A stretch of DNA of 64,000 bases from an uncultured Chitinophagales bacterium (GTDB lineage Bacteria > Bacteroidota > Rhodothermia > Balneolales > CAYWCV01). Below the pieces are notes generated by a model. The model saw nothing but the letters and a program-made list of their open reading frames with translations, was not told where the DNA came from and made no database searches. The position numbers and the translations under genes are program-made. The DNA lies in NCBI GenBank assembly GCA_964456845.1, contig CAYWCV010000005.1:14852-78851 (forward strand), written 5' to 3'. Shown here piece by piece: positions 35,898 to 45,959 of this stretch; the first letter of the stretch is position 1, and each line of letters starts with the position of its first letter.

Positions 35898-37120
35898 TGG
35901 CAGGGTAAACCGGACACTTTTTCGAGAGCCGCAGCGATCGCATCCAACGCCTGATCGAGTACCTCGTCGGTTATCGTAAGGGGCGGTGCGATACGTATGA
36001 GCGTGTTAGAGTGCAGCGTCCAACCCAACAGCACCTGTGCGTCAAAACATAATTCGACGACTCTTCTGGTTGTGTCATAGTCGGGCAACAGAAGTCCCAG
36101 CATGCAGCCTGTACCCCTGATTTCTACGATTGACGGATGCTTGAGCCGCGTCCGAATCTTATCTTCAATGATGGCCGCACGCTCGTAGAGCCTTTCGTCC
36201 AGCAGCACCTTGAGCGCCGCATGCCCGGCTGCACAGCTCACGGGGTGCCCGCCAAAGGTGGTAACGTGACACAACGGAGGGTTGTCGGTAAAGACCTTGA
36301 AGATGGCGTCGGAAGAAGCGAAACCTCCGACCGGGAGTCCGCCACCCATGGCCTTCGCCATCGTCAGGATGTCGGGCACGACCCCGTATTTCATGAAGGC
36401 AAACAATTCGCCCGTTCTTCCAAAACCGCTCTGGATTTCGTCGAAAATGAGCAATGCGCCAGTCGCGTCGCATCGCTCCCTTACCGACCGAAGCCAGCCA
36501 CCATCCGCCCGAATAATCCCTCCTTCACCTTGGATGGGTTCCAATATCACGGCTGCCGTGCGTTCGTCGATCGATTCCAAACCGGACTCGTCGTTGAAAT
36601 CAAGAAATTCGACGTCTGGGAGCAACGGCAAAAAGGGATCGCGGTACACATTGCGTCCCGTCACACTCAGCGATCCGTGCGTGTCGCCATGGTAGCTGTT
36701 TTTGAAGGCGACGAGCTTAGTTCTACCCGTGTACTTCTTCGCAAGTTTCAAAGCACCTTCATTGGCCTCGGTTCCACTGTTGACAAAGTAGATCCGTCCC
36801 AACTTCGGCGGAAGAACGGAGGCCAAGAGTGACGCAAACTCCGACTGTGGCTTCTGGATGAACTCGCCGTACACCATTACATGCAAATGGCGGTCAACCT
36901 GGTCATGGATGGCCCTCACCACCTCAGGGTGACGGTGACCGAGGCTGGAAACCGCGATTCCAGATATGAAGTCGATGAATGACCTGCCGTCCGACGTGTG
37001 CAAATGGGTCCCTTCGGCAGAAACGATGGTCAAGCCAAGCGGCGCATCGCTCGTTTGTGCCACATGGCTGTAAAAAGATTCTTCCCACCGCCGGGATTCG
37101 ATATCAGGATTATGTGTCAT
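35894..37120 (-). CDS. class III PLP-dependent aminotransferase (acetylornithine/GABA aminotransferase-like)
   Basis: FVNSGTEANEGALKLAKKYTGR, LIFDEIQSGFGRTGELFA, DILTMAKAMGGGLPVG (Schiff-base Lys). Confidence 0.85.
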   Translation of the reverse strand: MTHNPDIESRRWEESFYSHVAQTSDAPLGLTIVSAEGTHLHTSDGRSFIDFISGIAVSSLGHRHPEVVRAIHDQVDRHLHVMVYGEFIQKPQSEFASLLASVLPPKLGRIYFVNSGTEANEGALKLAKKYTGRTKLVAFKNSYHGDTHGSLSVTGRNVYRDPFLPLLPDVEFLDFNDESGLESIDERTAAVILEPIQGEGGIIRADGGWLRSVRERCDATGALLIFDEIQSGFGRTGELFAFMKYGVVPDILTMAKAMGGGLPVGGFASSDAIFKVFTDNPPLCHVTTFGGHPVSCAAGHAALKVLLDERLYERAAIIEDKIRTRLKHPSIVEIRGTGCMLGLLLPDYDTTRRVVELCFDAQVLLGWTLHSNTLIRIAPPLTITDEVLDQALDAIAAALEKVSGLPCH

Positions 37121-37278
37121 GTCCGAAATATAACTCTAAGCACGGTGCTTCTCGAAATAGTGAGCCTGCCGGGAACGAGTTGCCTCAATTTTGCAATTTT
37201 CATTCATGAAATTAGTTTATTTGGTTAAACTTGGATTTCCGATTTTTTAACGGCCGATCAGTACCCCATCGAGAACTC

Positions 37279-40113
37279 ATGAACAGTAACTACCGTCTTG
37301 GCAGAAACCATTTCGTATTGGTCACCATTGCAGTGTTGGCCTTGGCTGTATGGGTTCCAGCCACGCTCGTCACTTCCGAAACGGCTGAGTCGCCTCTGCG
37401 CGTGAGATCATCCGGATCAGCCAAAGCATCGGTTGAATCGAAGGCTGCCAGGGACGACTATTACTTTTGGATGTTGCGTGACCCGGCAACAAACACGGTT
37501 CCGTCGGGTATCAGGCAGATGGAGTTGGAACACGCACGGCTGACTGCCGTAATGAAAACCTCTGCCGACCCCCAGATCGACTGGGTGGCGCGCGGACCAT
37601 CCAATATTGGAGGAAGAACCAGGGCTCTGGCCGTCGACCTTCGCAATCCCAGCATTATTCTGGCGGGAAGCGTGTCGGGTGGAATGTGGAAATCGATTGA
37701 CGGTGGCAATTCATGGTCGCTCAGGAACACCCCCGATCAGAACTTGAGCATAACGTGGGTGGTGCAAGACCCAAGACCGGGGCATCGAGATACGTGGTAC
37801 TATGCCGGTGGCGAATACATTGGCGGATCATCCCGTGACAGGGGTGGGCGTGCGTTCACGTATGGGAGTGGCATCTACAAATCGACCGACAACGGCGACA
37901 CCTGGCAGGCAATTCCGTCAACTGTGATCAGAAATCCAGTCGTGTTCGACTCCCCGTTCGACTATGTATCCAGAATCGTGATAAGCCCCGTAACCGGCAC
38001 CATCTTCATGGCCAGCAACGTCATTGGCATTTACCGTTCGACAGATGGAGGGAACAATTTCATCACCGGCGAAGACATTGCCGGTGGAATCGTTTTGGGA
38101 AACATCAACGAGCACACCTACAACGATGTGATCGTTCTGCCAAACGGGACGGTTGTCGCCTCGTTGAGTGGCGACCGTGCAACCGATACAGCCCCATTCG
38201 CTGGCATTTACAAATCTACACAGGATGGCGCACCCGGCACCTGGGAGTTGATCACACCGAGTGGATTTCCGCAGAATCATCACCGGTCGGTGATGACCTA
38301 CAGTGAGTCGGAACCCAACTGGGTTTACATACTCACCCATGAAGTGCTTGAAGGGAGCAACTTCCGCATGAACCTGTTCCGGTTCAATGTGGAGACTGGC
38401 GAGAGCGACAACTTAACTGGAACGATTCCGAACTTTGGCGGAACGGTTGGGTCATTCAATCCACAAGGAGGTTACAACATGGTCATAGCCGTCAAGCCGG
38501 ATGACCCGAATATCGTACTGCTTGGCGGAACCAACTTATACAGGACCATCGACCGCTTCGAGACCTATCCCGGTAATGCCGAAGTGAATTGGATTGGCGG
38601 CTACAACATCACAAACAACGCCAGCCGCTATCCTTCACATCATCCCGATCAGCACGTTATTTTCTTCGACCCTGAGAATCCGAATCGTGTTTGGAGTGGT
38701 CACGACGGGGGCGTGAGCCTCACGGAAGACATCACCCTCTCGAAAATCACCTGGCAAAATAAAAACCGCGGGTATGTCACGACTCAGTTTTATACCATCG
38801 CATTGGCCGAGGAGGCCGGAGACCAGCGGGTGATCGGCGGAACCCAAGATAATGGCACCTTGTTTTTTGTCGGCCAAGGAGATGCCAGAGATGTGACCTC
38901 CGGCGACGGCAGTTACACATTTTTGGGCCAAAACTTCGCATATGGTGCCACTCAAAGTGGCAACTCATACCGATTGAGGTACAATACAGACGGCACCATC
39001 GCCCAGGGAAGCCGGACGAGCATCCAGCCATCGAGCGCCTCGGGCCAGTTGTTCATCCATCCGTTTGCCTTGGATCCGATCGATCAGGAGATCATGTACT
39101 ACCCCGAGAGGAATACGATCTGGCGAAACTCGAAGATCTCGACGGCTGTTGGCGATCCACGTGGTTTTGACGGGTCAACCGACGGGTGGACCAAGCTGAC
39201 CCTGAGCATTCCCACCACCTTGACAGTGTCGACTCTTGAGGTCTCCCAAAATCCACCTCATATCCTATATATCGGAGCCAGCCAAAGAAGTTCGTCCGGC
39301 ACTGCATTGTTGCCGGGCGTTTACCGAATGGATAATTCCAGATCGGCAACCGACGTCCTGCCCATACCTCTTCCAAGCGGTGGTGGTGCCAATGCCGTCA
39401 CCCCTGGGTCATATGTGCACGATATTGCCGTCAACCCTGGTAACGCCGACGAGATATTGGTGGTAATATCGAACTACAACGTCAACAGGCTGTTCCACAG
39501 CTTGAACGGGGGGCTTTCGTACCAGGTGGTTGACGGGAACCTGGGAAATATCGGGTCAATTCCGGGTCCGTCGGTTCGAAGTGCGCAGTTACTGCCGATA
39601 GAGGACGGTACGTTTGCCGTTGTCGCGACGAGCACTGGCATCTACTCGACCGACCGCCTCAACGGCGCTCAGACCGTCTGGGCGCGCGAAGGTTTCGATG
39701 AGATCGGAACGGTGGTGGTCGAGCGGCTTGCAGCAAGAATGAGTGATGGCACCGTTGCAGCCGGCACACATGGCAGAGGCATCTTCTCGGGTATATTGCG
39801 CTTGCCGGTCGTGCAGCCGGAGTTGCCGGAGACCTTTGCCCTGTATCCAAACTTTCCGAACCCGTTCAACCCCGAAACGACGATAATGTTCGACTTGCCA
39901 GAGACATCCATTGTCAGCCTGCGGGTATACGACATCCTCGGCAGACCCGTATCGACCATATTGAGCAATCAGGAGCTGCGTCCTAGAACACACAGGGTGA
40001 GGTTCGATGCAGGCAATCTTGCCAGCGGGGCATATTTGTATCGGTTGACCGTAATAAGCGCCGAGAACGGTAACCAAATCACTCGCACGGGAAAAATGAT
40101 GCTTATCCGATGA
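37279..40113 (+). CDS. BNR/Asp-box repeat beta-propeller protein with T9SS CTD
   Basis: Asp-boxes SIDGGNSW, STDNGDTW, STDGGNNF, SLNGGLSY. CTD is FPNPFNPETTIMFDLP...GAYLYRL...KMMLIR. The start is taken at the ATG at 37279; the track starts at a TTG at 37231. Confidence 0.75.
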   Translation: MNSNYRLGRNHFVLVTIAVLALAVWVPATLVTSETAESPLRVRSSGSAKASVESKAARDDYYFWMLRDPATNTVPSGIRQMELEHARLTAVMKTSADPQIDWVARGPSNIGGRTRALAVDLRNPSIILAGSVSGGMWKSIDGGNSWSLRNTPDQNLSITWVVQDPRPGHRDTWYYAGGEYIGGSSRDRGGRAFTYGSGIYKSTDNGDTWQAIPSTVIRNPVVFDSPFDYVSRIVISPVTGTIFMASNVIGIYRSTDGGNNFITGEDIAGGIVLGNINEHTYNDVIVLPNGTVVASLSGDRATDTAPFAGIYKSTQDGAPGTWELITPSGFPQNHHRSVMTYSESEPNWVYILTHEVLEGSNFRMNLFRFNVETGESDNLTGTIPNFGGTVGSFNPQGGYNMVIAVKPDDPNIVLLGGTNLYRTIDRFETYPGNAEVNWIGGYNITNNASRYPSHHPDQHVIFFDPENPNRVWSGHDGGVSLTEDITLSKITWQNKNRGYVTTQFYTIALAEEAGDQRVIGGTQDNGTLFFVGQGDARDVTSGDGSYTFLGQNFAYGATQSGNSYRLRYNTDGTIAQGSRTSIQPSSASGQLFIHPFALDPIDQEIMYYPERNTIWRNSKISTAVGDPRGFDGSTDGWTKLTLSIPTTLTVSTLEVSQNPPHILYIGASQRSSSGTALLPGVYRMDNSRSATDVLPIPLPSGGGANAVTPGSYVHDIAVNPGNADEILVVISNYNVNRLFHSLNGGLSYQVVDGNLGNIGSIPGPSVRSAQLLPIEDGTFAVVATSTGIYSTDRLNGAQTVWAREGFDEIGTVVVERLAARMSDGTVAAGTHGRGIFSGILRLPVVQPELPETFALYPNFPNPFNPETTIMFDLPETSIVSLRVYDILGRPVSTILSNQELRPRTHRVRFDAGNLASGAYLYRLTVISAENGNQITRTGKMMLIR

Positions 40114-40146
40114 CCCGGTGCTCCGACGACCCGATGATATATCTGT

Positions 40147-40749
40147 CTAGCTTCCAGACCTTTGGATGATCGCCAAGAGCTCCTGCTGTAGGGTTCGGCT
40201 TTTGTCCGAATTGTACCACTGCTGCATTTCAATCTGGATGTCGCGTGTTTCGTCAGGGTTCGCCTTGTAGTCGGCCATCATTTGCTGCACAGGTGCCGGA
40301 CGCGGACCCCAAGTACCCACTTCTTCGCCCGTATGTGCCTTATAAACAACAAGTCTTGGTATGGATCTTCCGCCGTTAACAAGGTATTGATCCATAATAT
40401 CGGGGTTATCGTCACGTAAGATCATACCCAACTGTATACGGCCGTCACTTGCTTTCGAAACCAGGTCGAAAACCGGAATCACGTGGGCAGAGTCGCCACA
40501 CCAGCCCTCGGTAATCACCATCCAGTACTGGGGCTCAGCAGTCTTGGCGGCAGCAACCAGCTCTTCGGATAACTTCGTGGTCTTGTGTACGCGGGCCATG
40601 CGGTGCACATTCAGTTTCGAGACTTCCGTGCGTTTCGGGGTCTGTTTTTCACCTGTCGACTTACCCTCGTCGAGCAGGGAGTTGATCAGTCCCTCGTAGG
40701 CCTCATAAGAAAATGCTGTGTCTTTTATTTCGAAATATGGGCTGGTCAT
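40147..40749 (-). CDS. thioredoxin-fold family protein (WCGDS active-site variant)
   Basis: MVITEGWCGDSAHVIPVF, followed by a thioredoxin-like beta-alpha-beta pattern. Confidence 0.55.
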   Translation of the reverse strand: MTSPYFEIKDTAFSYEAYEGLINSLLDEGKSTGEKQTPKRTEVSKLNVHRMARVHKTTKLSEELVAAAKTAEPQYWMVITEGWCGDSAHVIPVFDLVSKASDGRIQLGMILRDDNPDIMDQYLVNGGRSIPRLVVYKAHTGEEVGTWGPRPAPVQQMMADYKANPDETRDIQIEMQQWYNSDKSRTLQQELLAIIQRSGS

Positions 40750-40793
40750 TATAGAATCGGTACCATTAGTTGTTTATAACAAATATACGCATA

Positions 40794-41747
40794 TCATTTC
40801 ATGAGTATGTGAACGAACACCATGGCCGCAAGGATGAAAGCCACAAATGACAAGGATGTCAGGTATTTCACTCTCATAACCGGCCCATACTCACTGGCAT
40901 CGCCCGTAAGACGATTGATTTGAGTGCCGACAAGTCTTCCGGTGACGAATCCTGAGGCGATAAACGCCAACCCAATGGGCCATTGGATCAATAACAGAGG
41001 GATGCCAGACATGATCAGGCCGATATGGTATGCGTTTCTGTAGAACTTTTTCACCCCTGTTACACCAAACTCGATGGCGAACGTACGATCGCCCCTTTTC
41101 GAATCTGATCGCATCTGATAGAGCTGCGACACGGGATAAAGCGAAAGAAAAACCAGTGCCGTGCCAATGCCTGCAATCACGATACCGGGGCTGAACGCAT
41201 CCCCACCTGCCGCAAAATACCCCATCCAAAACGAGTTTGTGCCTGTGCTGATTCCGATTGCGATGATACTCTTGAGTGGATGCCCTTTCCAACGGGCTCT
41301 TCTTGTGCTGTACAGCCAAAAGAAAACCATACTCACCAGATACAGATAGGTGAATTCCATTCCAGCATAATGAGCAAGCAGCAAACCGCCAAACTGCATC
41401 CATAGGGCAACTTTCCGCATCCAAGGCTGCATGCCAGGGGGATTCTTCAAGCCGCCAATCGGCCCCTCGTCCTTATCGTGCCATGAATTATAGACGGTGG
41501 CAGTTCCAAAGAGGAGTACGGACACGTTCAAAAACTGGAGCCAAAACGTTCCGGCATGAAACCTTTCAGAAAACAGGGCTCCGAACAAGTAGCCACCAGA
41601 AAGTATGAACACTTGATAATGCAGTCGGAAGTGCACAACGAAGGACCGGACATCGTCGGGCAGGACGCTTCCAAGCCTTCGGAACAGGCCTAGTAATGAC
41701 TCCAGAAATGCATCGATTTTTTCCACATCCGAAAGATACGCAAGCAT
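40794..41747 (-). CDS. polytopic membrane protein, possibly UbiA-superfamily prenyltransferase
   Basis: About 8 TM helices. It has two Asp-rich loops at the UbiA-like spacing (YNSWHDKDEG and YQMRSDSKRGDRT). The assignment is weak. Confidence 0.4.
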   Translation of the reverse strand: MLAYLSDVEKIDAFLESLLGLFRRLGSVLPDDVRSFVVHFRLHYQVFILSGGYLFGALFSERFHAGTFWLQFLNVSVLLFGTATVYNSWHDKDEGPIGGLKNPPGMQPWMRKVALWMQFGGLLLAHYAGMEFTYLYLVSMVFFWLYSTRRARWKGHPLKSIIAIGISTGTNSFWMGYFAAGGDAFSPGIVIAGIGTALVFLSLYPVSQLYQMRSDSKRGDRTFAIEFGVTGVKKFYRNAYHIGLIMSGIPLLLIQWPIGLAFIASGFVTGRLVGTQINRLTGDASEYGPVMRVKYLTSLSFVAFILAAMVFVHILMK

Positions 41748-41807
41748 GAAGACAGATGGATGAACCGCATCTTGCCAGACACCGAATATGTCGTGGTCGT
41801 ATATGGG

Positions 41808-44800
41808 TCACTTGAGTAACGTCACGGTTTGTGTTGTGTGATGGCCGCCGAATCTAGCTCGAATGATGTAGATTCCGCTCGGTAATCGAACCGCATTCCA
41901 TATAAAATCGTGCACCCCCGACTTCATTACGCCGGTATGTATCGTACGTACACGCCTTCCGAGGATGTCGTGCACAACGATAGATAGATCACCAGCATCA
42001 GGAAGATGTACACGCAAAGTAGTGCTTGGGTTAAAGGGGTTAGGCCTGGCCGGCTCCAATATGAACTCGTTGGGAATGTCCATTACATCAGTGTCATACA
42101 AGGCCTTTAGCCGAAGAAGCCGGAACGATACCCAGTTGTCAAGCCCATTGCCGTTGTTGACTTCGTCTCCTATTCCGTACAAGCCAACTGTCCACTCCAG
42201 CTCAGTGGTCAGCTGCAGGCTGTCGGATGAGCTATGTGAGCGGTGTAATTCGCTGGCCAGAAAACTGCGTGATAGTTCGCCAGAATCCAACTTAAGCATG
42301 TTTACTAAACTCCGATCCGGACTGCGCGTGAGAAAGTAGGCACTACTTGCCACGGAGTCGGGAAACTGATCATACGGTCGTTGAGCCGGCTTGATTTCCC
42401 AATTAAACTCAACGTCGGTGTCATCATTTTTGGTCCATGAGATCAGCTGATCCTTGTTGGGCGATATCAACACCGGTACTGGTGGTGTGTATATGTCGAT
42501 GTCAGATGTTGAGGTGACAACAACTTTGAGGTATGGCGAACTGGGAAGATATAATGGATGTCCAGTAACTGCCCATTCTTGTTCAAATGGACTCCGCCCA
42601 TCCCCTGGCCTTTCACCAGACATGCATATCATTCTGGGTTGCCTGCCGCGCTGTCTATACATTGGGCTTCCGTCCTCGCACACGTGGTTGGTTTGCATCA
42701 CATTCCCAAGCGAGATTTGAGCGTGACCATAAACTGATGCGTTTGACGAATCCGGATGGACGACGTAAGGTACGGTCGGTATATGTGTTGGTTTGTCAAG
42801 TAATCTGAAGTCGATGATGTCGATGCCGAACTCTTTTAAAACTGCGACCAAAGCAATTTCTCGAGGCAACTTAGTTTGCGAGATTCGGCCATAAGGATCG
42901 GTAAACATCATATTCCCGCCAGGGAGGTGCAACAAGACGTCTTGTCCATTGATCCAAAGTGCCGATCCCGTTGTTGCAATGGTATCGCCGATTGCCGTAT
43001 TCCAAACATCAGGTGCTGCCATGGGTCTCTGAGCAGGATCAGGCAGCGTTTCGAAAACGAAATCCGTAAATGAGCTGCTGTAAGTGATTGACCCATGCAA
43101 CGTGTTGAAGGCGAAAACCCTGAGTATCCATTTTTGCCCAAGAGGAAGCCCATTGACCGTCAACGTACGCTGAGCGGGTCCATTAATGACAAACGTTGCG
43201 TCACCAATCTTATCGCCATGCGAATATTCGTGACCAGAGTGATAGAACACATCGTGTTCGGGCCGACTTGGCTCGGTGCCAAACGGTGTGATCGTGAATA
43301 GCAGAAACGACGAATCGGGTTCGGAGACTGTCATGGCTACTGAATGCATGCTTTTGCTCTGCAAACGCACTTCCAAATGTGGCATTTCGGGTTCTGCCAG
43401 TCTTGGAATTGCTACATCGATATAGGGATGCTCCGGTTTTGAGTAACGCGCCACAGAATCAGGCCCTGCGACAGATAGGGCCCATATGCGGTAGTGGGAA
43501 CCGGGCCGCAAGCCACCGATCACAGGCAGATGTTGATCTGGAGTTCTAGGGACGTGTCGAAAATCAGTACCATTCAGCTGGTCCGATGCGGTTGAGTCAG
43601 CCAGTTGTGGTTGCGCCGCACCCTGTGGCGCATAAACAATGATGACATCGAAACCGCCCGATGAAACTTTCAGTTCTAAGGAATCAGGTTCTTTGAAATG
43701 GTAGTGGGTAATTACCGGCATCGCCGGTGGCATGTAAGGGGTCGCAAACTCAATCGGACTGCTGCACGAATATGCTTCACCAACGTATCCACAGTGAGAT
43801 ACTCGATAGTGGGTGGCTGGTTTCAGTCCTTCAAGATGAAACTCACTGCGTTGATCTGACACCACATAGAACTTTTCGTCGACTTGACCTTGAGATTCCA
43901 ATTTCAGCGACTGCGTGGTGGGCCATTTACCAACTGCCGATATCCACCTGCCGACGAGTGTCACTCCTGCATCTACATTAGAAGATAAAATCAGGTCTCC
44001 CATGAGGGGTAGTGACCCGACTTCGTAGCTTCCGTATAACCGTACATCATCCAGCCTTGACGTGCCCGATCTGGATATGGGATTTCCATTCATGGCGACA
44101 TCATCGACAGGTGTGATCAAGAGCTTCATCTGAGGTTGATCCAGACACGGTGAAGGCAATTCGACTAATTGGACAATTGAATTCGCCCATGTGGACGATG
44201 CATCCACAACCTGGGGACTTGTAACATTCTGACCTCCGATATCGCATACGACGCGAAACCTTGCCGGACCCGTAGCAGACGATATGACCCTGAATGCAAT
44301 GTGTCCAAACGACAGACCGTGGGTAGTCATGGACAAAGTCCATGATTTTTCGAGACTTGGCTCGTGCCATTGATCCACATAGGATGCCCTACCTGAATGG
44401 CCCGTTGCATAACCCCTGTCGCGTGCTCCATTCACTGATACATCAACATGTTGATGCTCCCAAACGGCCCACGATGGACTGCTCGATTCTGAGTCGAAAC
44501 TCCATTCTGCCAACAAGCGGCCTATGCTTGGGTCGGGCCAAGATGGTTGCCACACTGCAATTGGCAGCTTTTGTATCGATTGATGACCTTCAGGCCCGTC
44601 AATGGTAAATGCGACGACATACTTGATACCTACAAGGTCACGGTTTACCGTACAGGGTGACGCCACGCATCCCGTGTCAACGAACTCGGTGTCTGTATCC
44701 TCACCATCGAGAAAACTCAATAAATCAATATCTGATGGAATTTCATCAACAACGAGTACTTTGACAAATCCTTGTACAGGCGAAGCCCAAGTGAATGTGA

Positions 44801-45959
44801 CTTCCTCGAAGGTTACAAGCTTAACACGAAAGCTCTCGAGAGGAGGAGGGCTTTTGGCCCGGGTCTGATAGCTCACCACCTCTTGTCCGTCCTCAAGGTA
44901 GTTTTCCATGCCTCCTTCGCCGTTAAATTCAAGAACGGTGAGCAATACACTTTCGAGTGGTTGAAGTCCGAATATGATGGCCTGATTCCCGATACCACTC
45001 CAAAGCACGCGGCACCCATTTTTTGTCAGTCCAGCAACATGGATGTTTGGATGGGCATCATATGTAGCGGATGTATCGGTCTCGCAACTTGTGACACCAT
45101 CAGGCAATGCAGCAAGGATGCTGTAATCACCATTGCCTCGATCCCATGCGACATACATCGATGTGTCCGATCGAGCCGTCAGATTGATATTTCGTGCCTG
45201 AACCGTGGGCTTGTCTGCATAGGGTGGTGGCTCTGGTGGGGTAATGTCGTCGTCTTCATCGTGATCATCGGTGCTGTAAAGGCGAATCTCCTCAAGCCCC
45301 CATTCGTCCCTTGAACCCGTTCCGGATCCGTCCTTCATGACCCAACGTATGAACAGAGTGCCACCTTCGGTTGCTTCACCGATTGGCAGCGTAGCCGAAG
45401 CAGTCTGTTTCTTCCAAACCACGCCTACCTCCGCAGCTGCAGGCGTCATCGTTCCACCCCCGTTTGAAGGATAGAAGTTATCCCCATCGGTAGACCATTC
45501 CAGCTCAATCAACGTGCTTCTCCCCTGATCGTTATATATCCACAAATCGTACGAAACACCAATTTTCGAGGCAGTTACATCGTTGCCAATCAGAATCTTG
45601 AGCGTTGCAGAGCCAGGTGACAAATCTGTACCGGTTGGCTGAAATCCGAGAAGCCTGATATCTGCCGCCGGGGTGAATGCATAAACCCCACCCGTAGTCA
45701 CACGTCCGGCACTGATACCCCTACCGAAGTCGCCTCCCATTCTAGTTTCGCCGAAATCCATCGCTCCATCCGAAAGCCCGTTTACTATCCAAGACCTTGA
45801 GTCAATCCTTCCCTGAACAACCTCCGGAGCAAAGCCAAGGCCCGCCCAATTGTTGAAACGCACCTTGAGTGTGTCGCCCGAGAACACTTCCTGAGCGTGT
45901 GTAACAATACTGATGTTCACGAATAGAGCTAAAAAAAGCAGGCATGCTGTCGCTTTCAT
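41808..45959 (-). CDS. 1383-aa secreted FN3-repeat-rich protein of unknown function with T9SS CTD
   Basis: Signal peptide MKATACLLFLALFVNISIVTHAQ. FN3-like strand patterns are present (GLKPATHYRVS, GLRPGSHYRIWALS, SMYVAWD). CTD is RPNPFNPSTTLRVHLP...GIYIIRA...TVTLLK. The ATG overlaps the upstream stop (ATGA). Confidence 0.8.
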   Translation of the reverse strand: MKATACLLFLALFVNISIVTHAQEVFSGDTLKVRFNNWAGLGFAPEVVQGRIDSRSWIVNGLSDGAMDFGETRMGGDFGRGISAGRVTTGGVYAFTPAADIRLLGFQPTGTDLSPGSATLKILIGNDVTASKIGVSYDLWIYNDQGRSTLIELEWSTDGDNFYPSNGGGTMTPAAAEVGVVWKKQTASATLPIGEATEGGTLFIRWVMKDGSGTGSRDEWGLEEIRLYSTDDHDEDDDITPPEPPPYADKPTVQARNINLTARSDTSMYVAWDRGNGDYSILAALPDGVTSCETDTSATYDAHPNIHVAGLTKNGCRVLWSGIGNQAIIFGLQPLESVLLTVLEFNGEGGMENYLEDGQEVVSYQTRAKSPPPLESFRVKLVTFEEVTFTWASPVQGFVKVLVVDEIPSDIDLLSFLDGEDTDTEFVDTGCVASPCTVNRDLVGIKYVVAFTIDGPEGHQSIQKLPIAVWQPSWPDPSIGRLLAEWSFDSESSSPSWAVWEHQHVDVSVNGARDRGYATGHSGRASYVDQWHEPSLEKSWTLSMTTHGLSFGHIAFRVISSATGPARFRVVCDIGGQNVTSPQVVDASSTWANSIVQLVELPSPCLDQPQMKLLITPVDDVAMNGNPISRSGTSRLDDVRLYGSYEVGSLPLMGDLILSSNVDAGVTLVGRWISAVGKWPTTQSLKLESQGQVDEKFYVVSDQRSEFHLEGLKPATHYRVSHCGYVGEAYSCSSPIEFATPYMPPAMPVITHYHFKEPDSLELKVSSGGFDVIIVYAPQGAAQPQLADSTASDQLNGTDFRHVPRTPDQHLPVIGGLRPGSHYRIWALSVAGPDSVARYSKPEHPYIDVAIPRLAEPEMPHLEVRLQSKSMHSVAMTVSEPDSSFLLFTITPFGTEPSRPEHDVFYHSGHEYSHGDKIGDATFVINGPAQRTLTVNGLPLGQKWILRVFAFNTLHGSITYSSSFTDFVFETLPDPAQRPMAAPDVWNTAIGDTIATTGSALWINGQDVLLHLPGGNMMFTDPYGRISQTKLPREIALVAVLKEFGIDIIDFRLLDKPTHIPTVPYVVHPDSSNASVYGHAQISLGNVMQTNHVCEDGSPMYRQRGRQPRMICMSGERPGDGRSPFEQEWAVTGHPLYLPSSPYLKVVVTSTSDIDIYTPPVPVLISPNKDQLISWTKNDDTDVEFNWEIKPAQRPYDQFPDSVASSAYFLTRSPDRSLVNMLKLDSGELSRSFLASELHRSHSSSDSLQLTTELEWTVGLYGIGDEVNNGNGLDNWVSFRLLRLKALYDTDVMDIPNEFILEPARPNPFNPSTTLRVHLPDAGDLSIVVHDILGRRVRTIHTGVMKSGVHDFIWNAVRLPSGIYIIRARFGGHHTTQTVTLLK

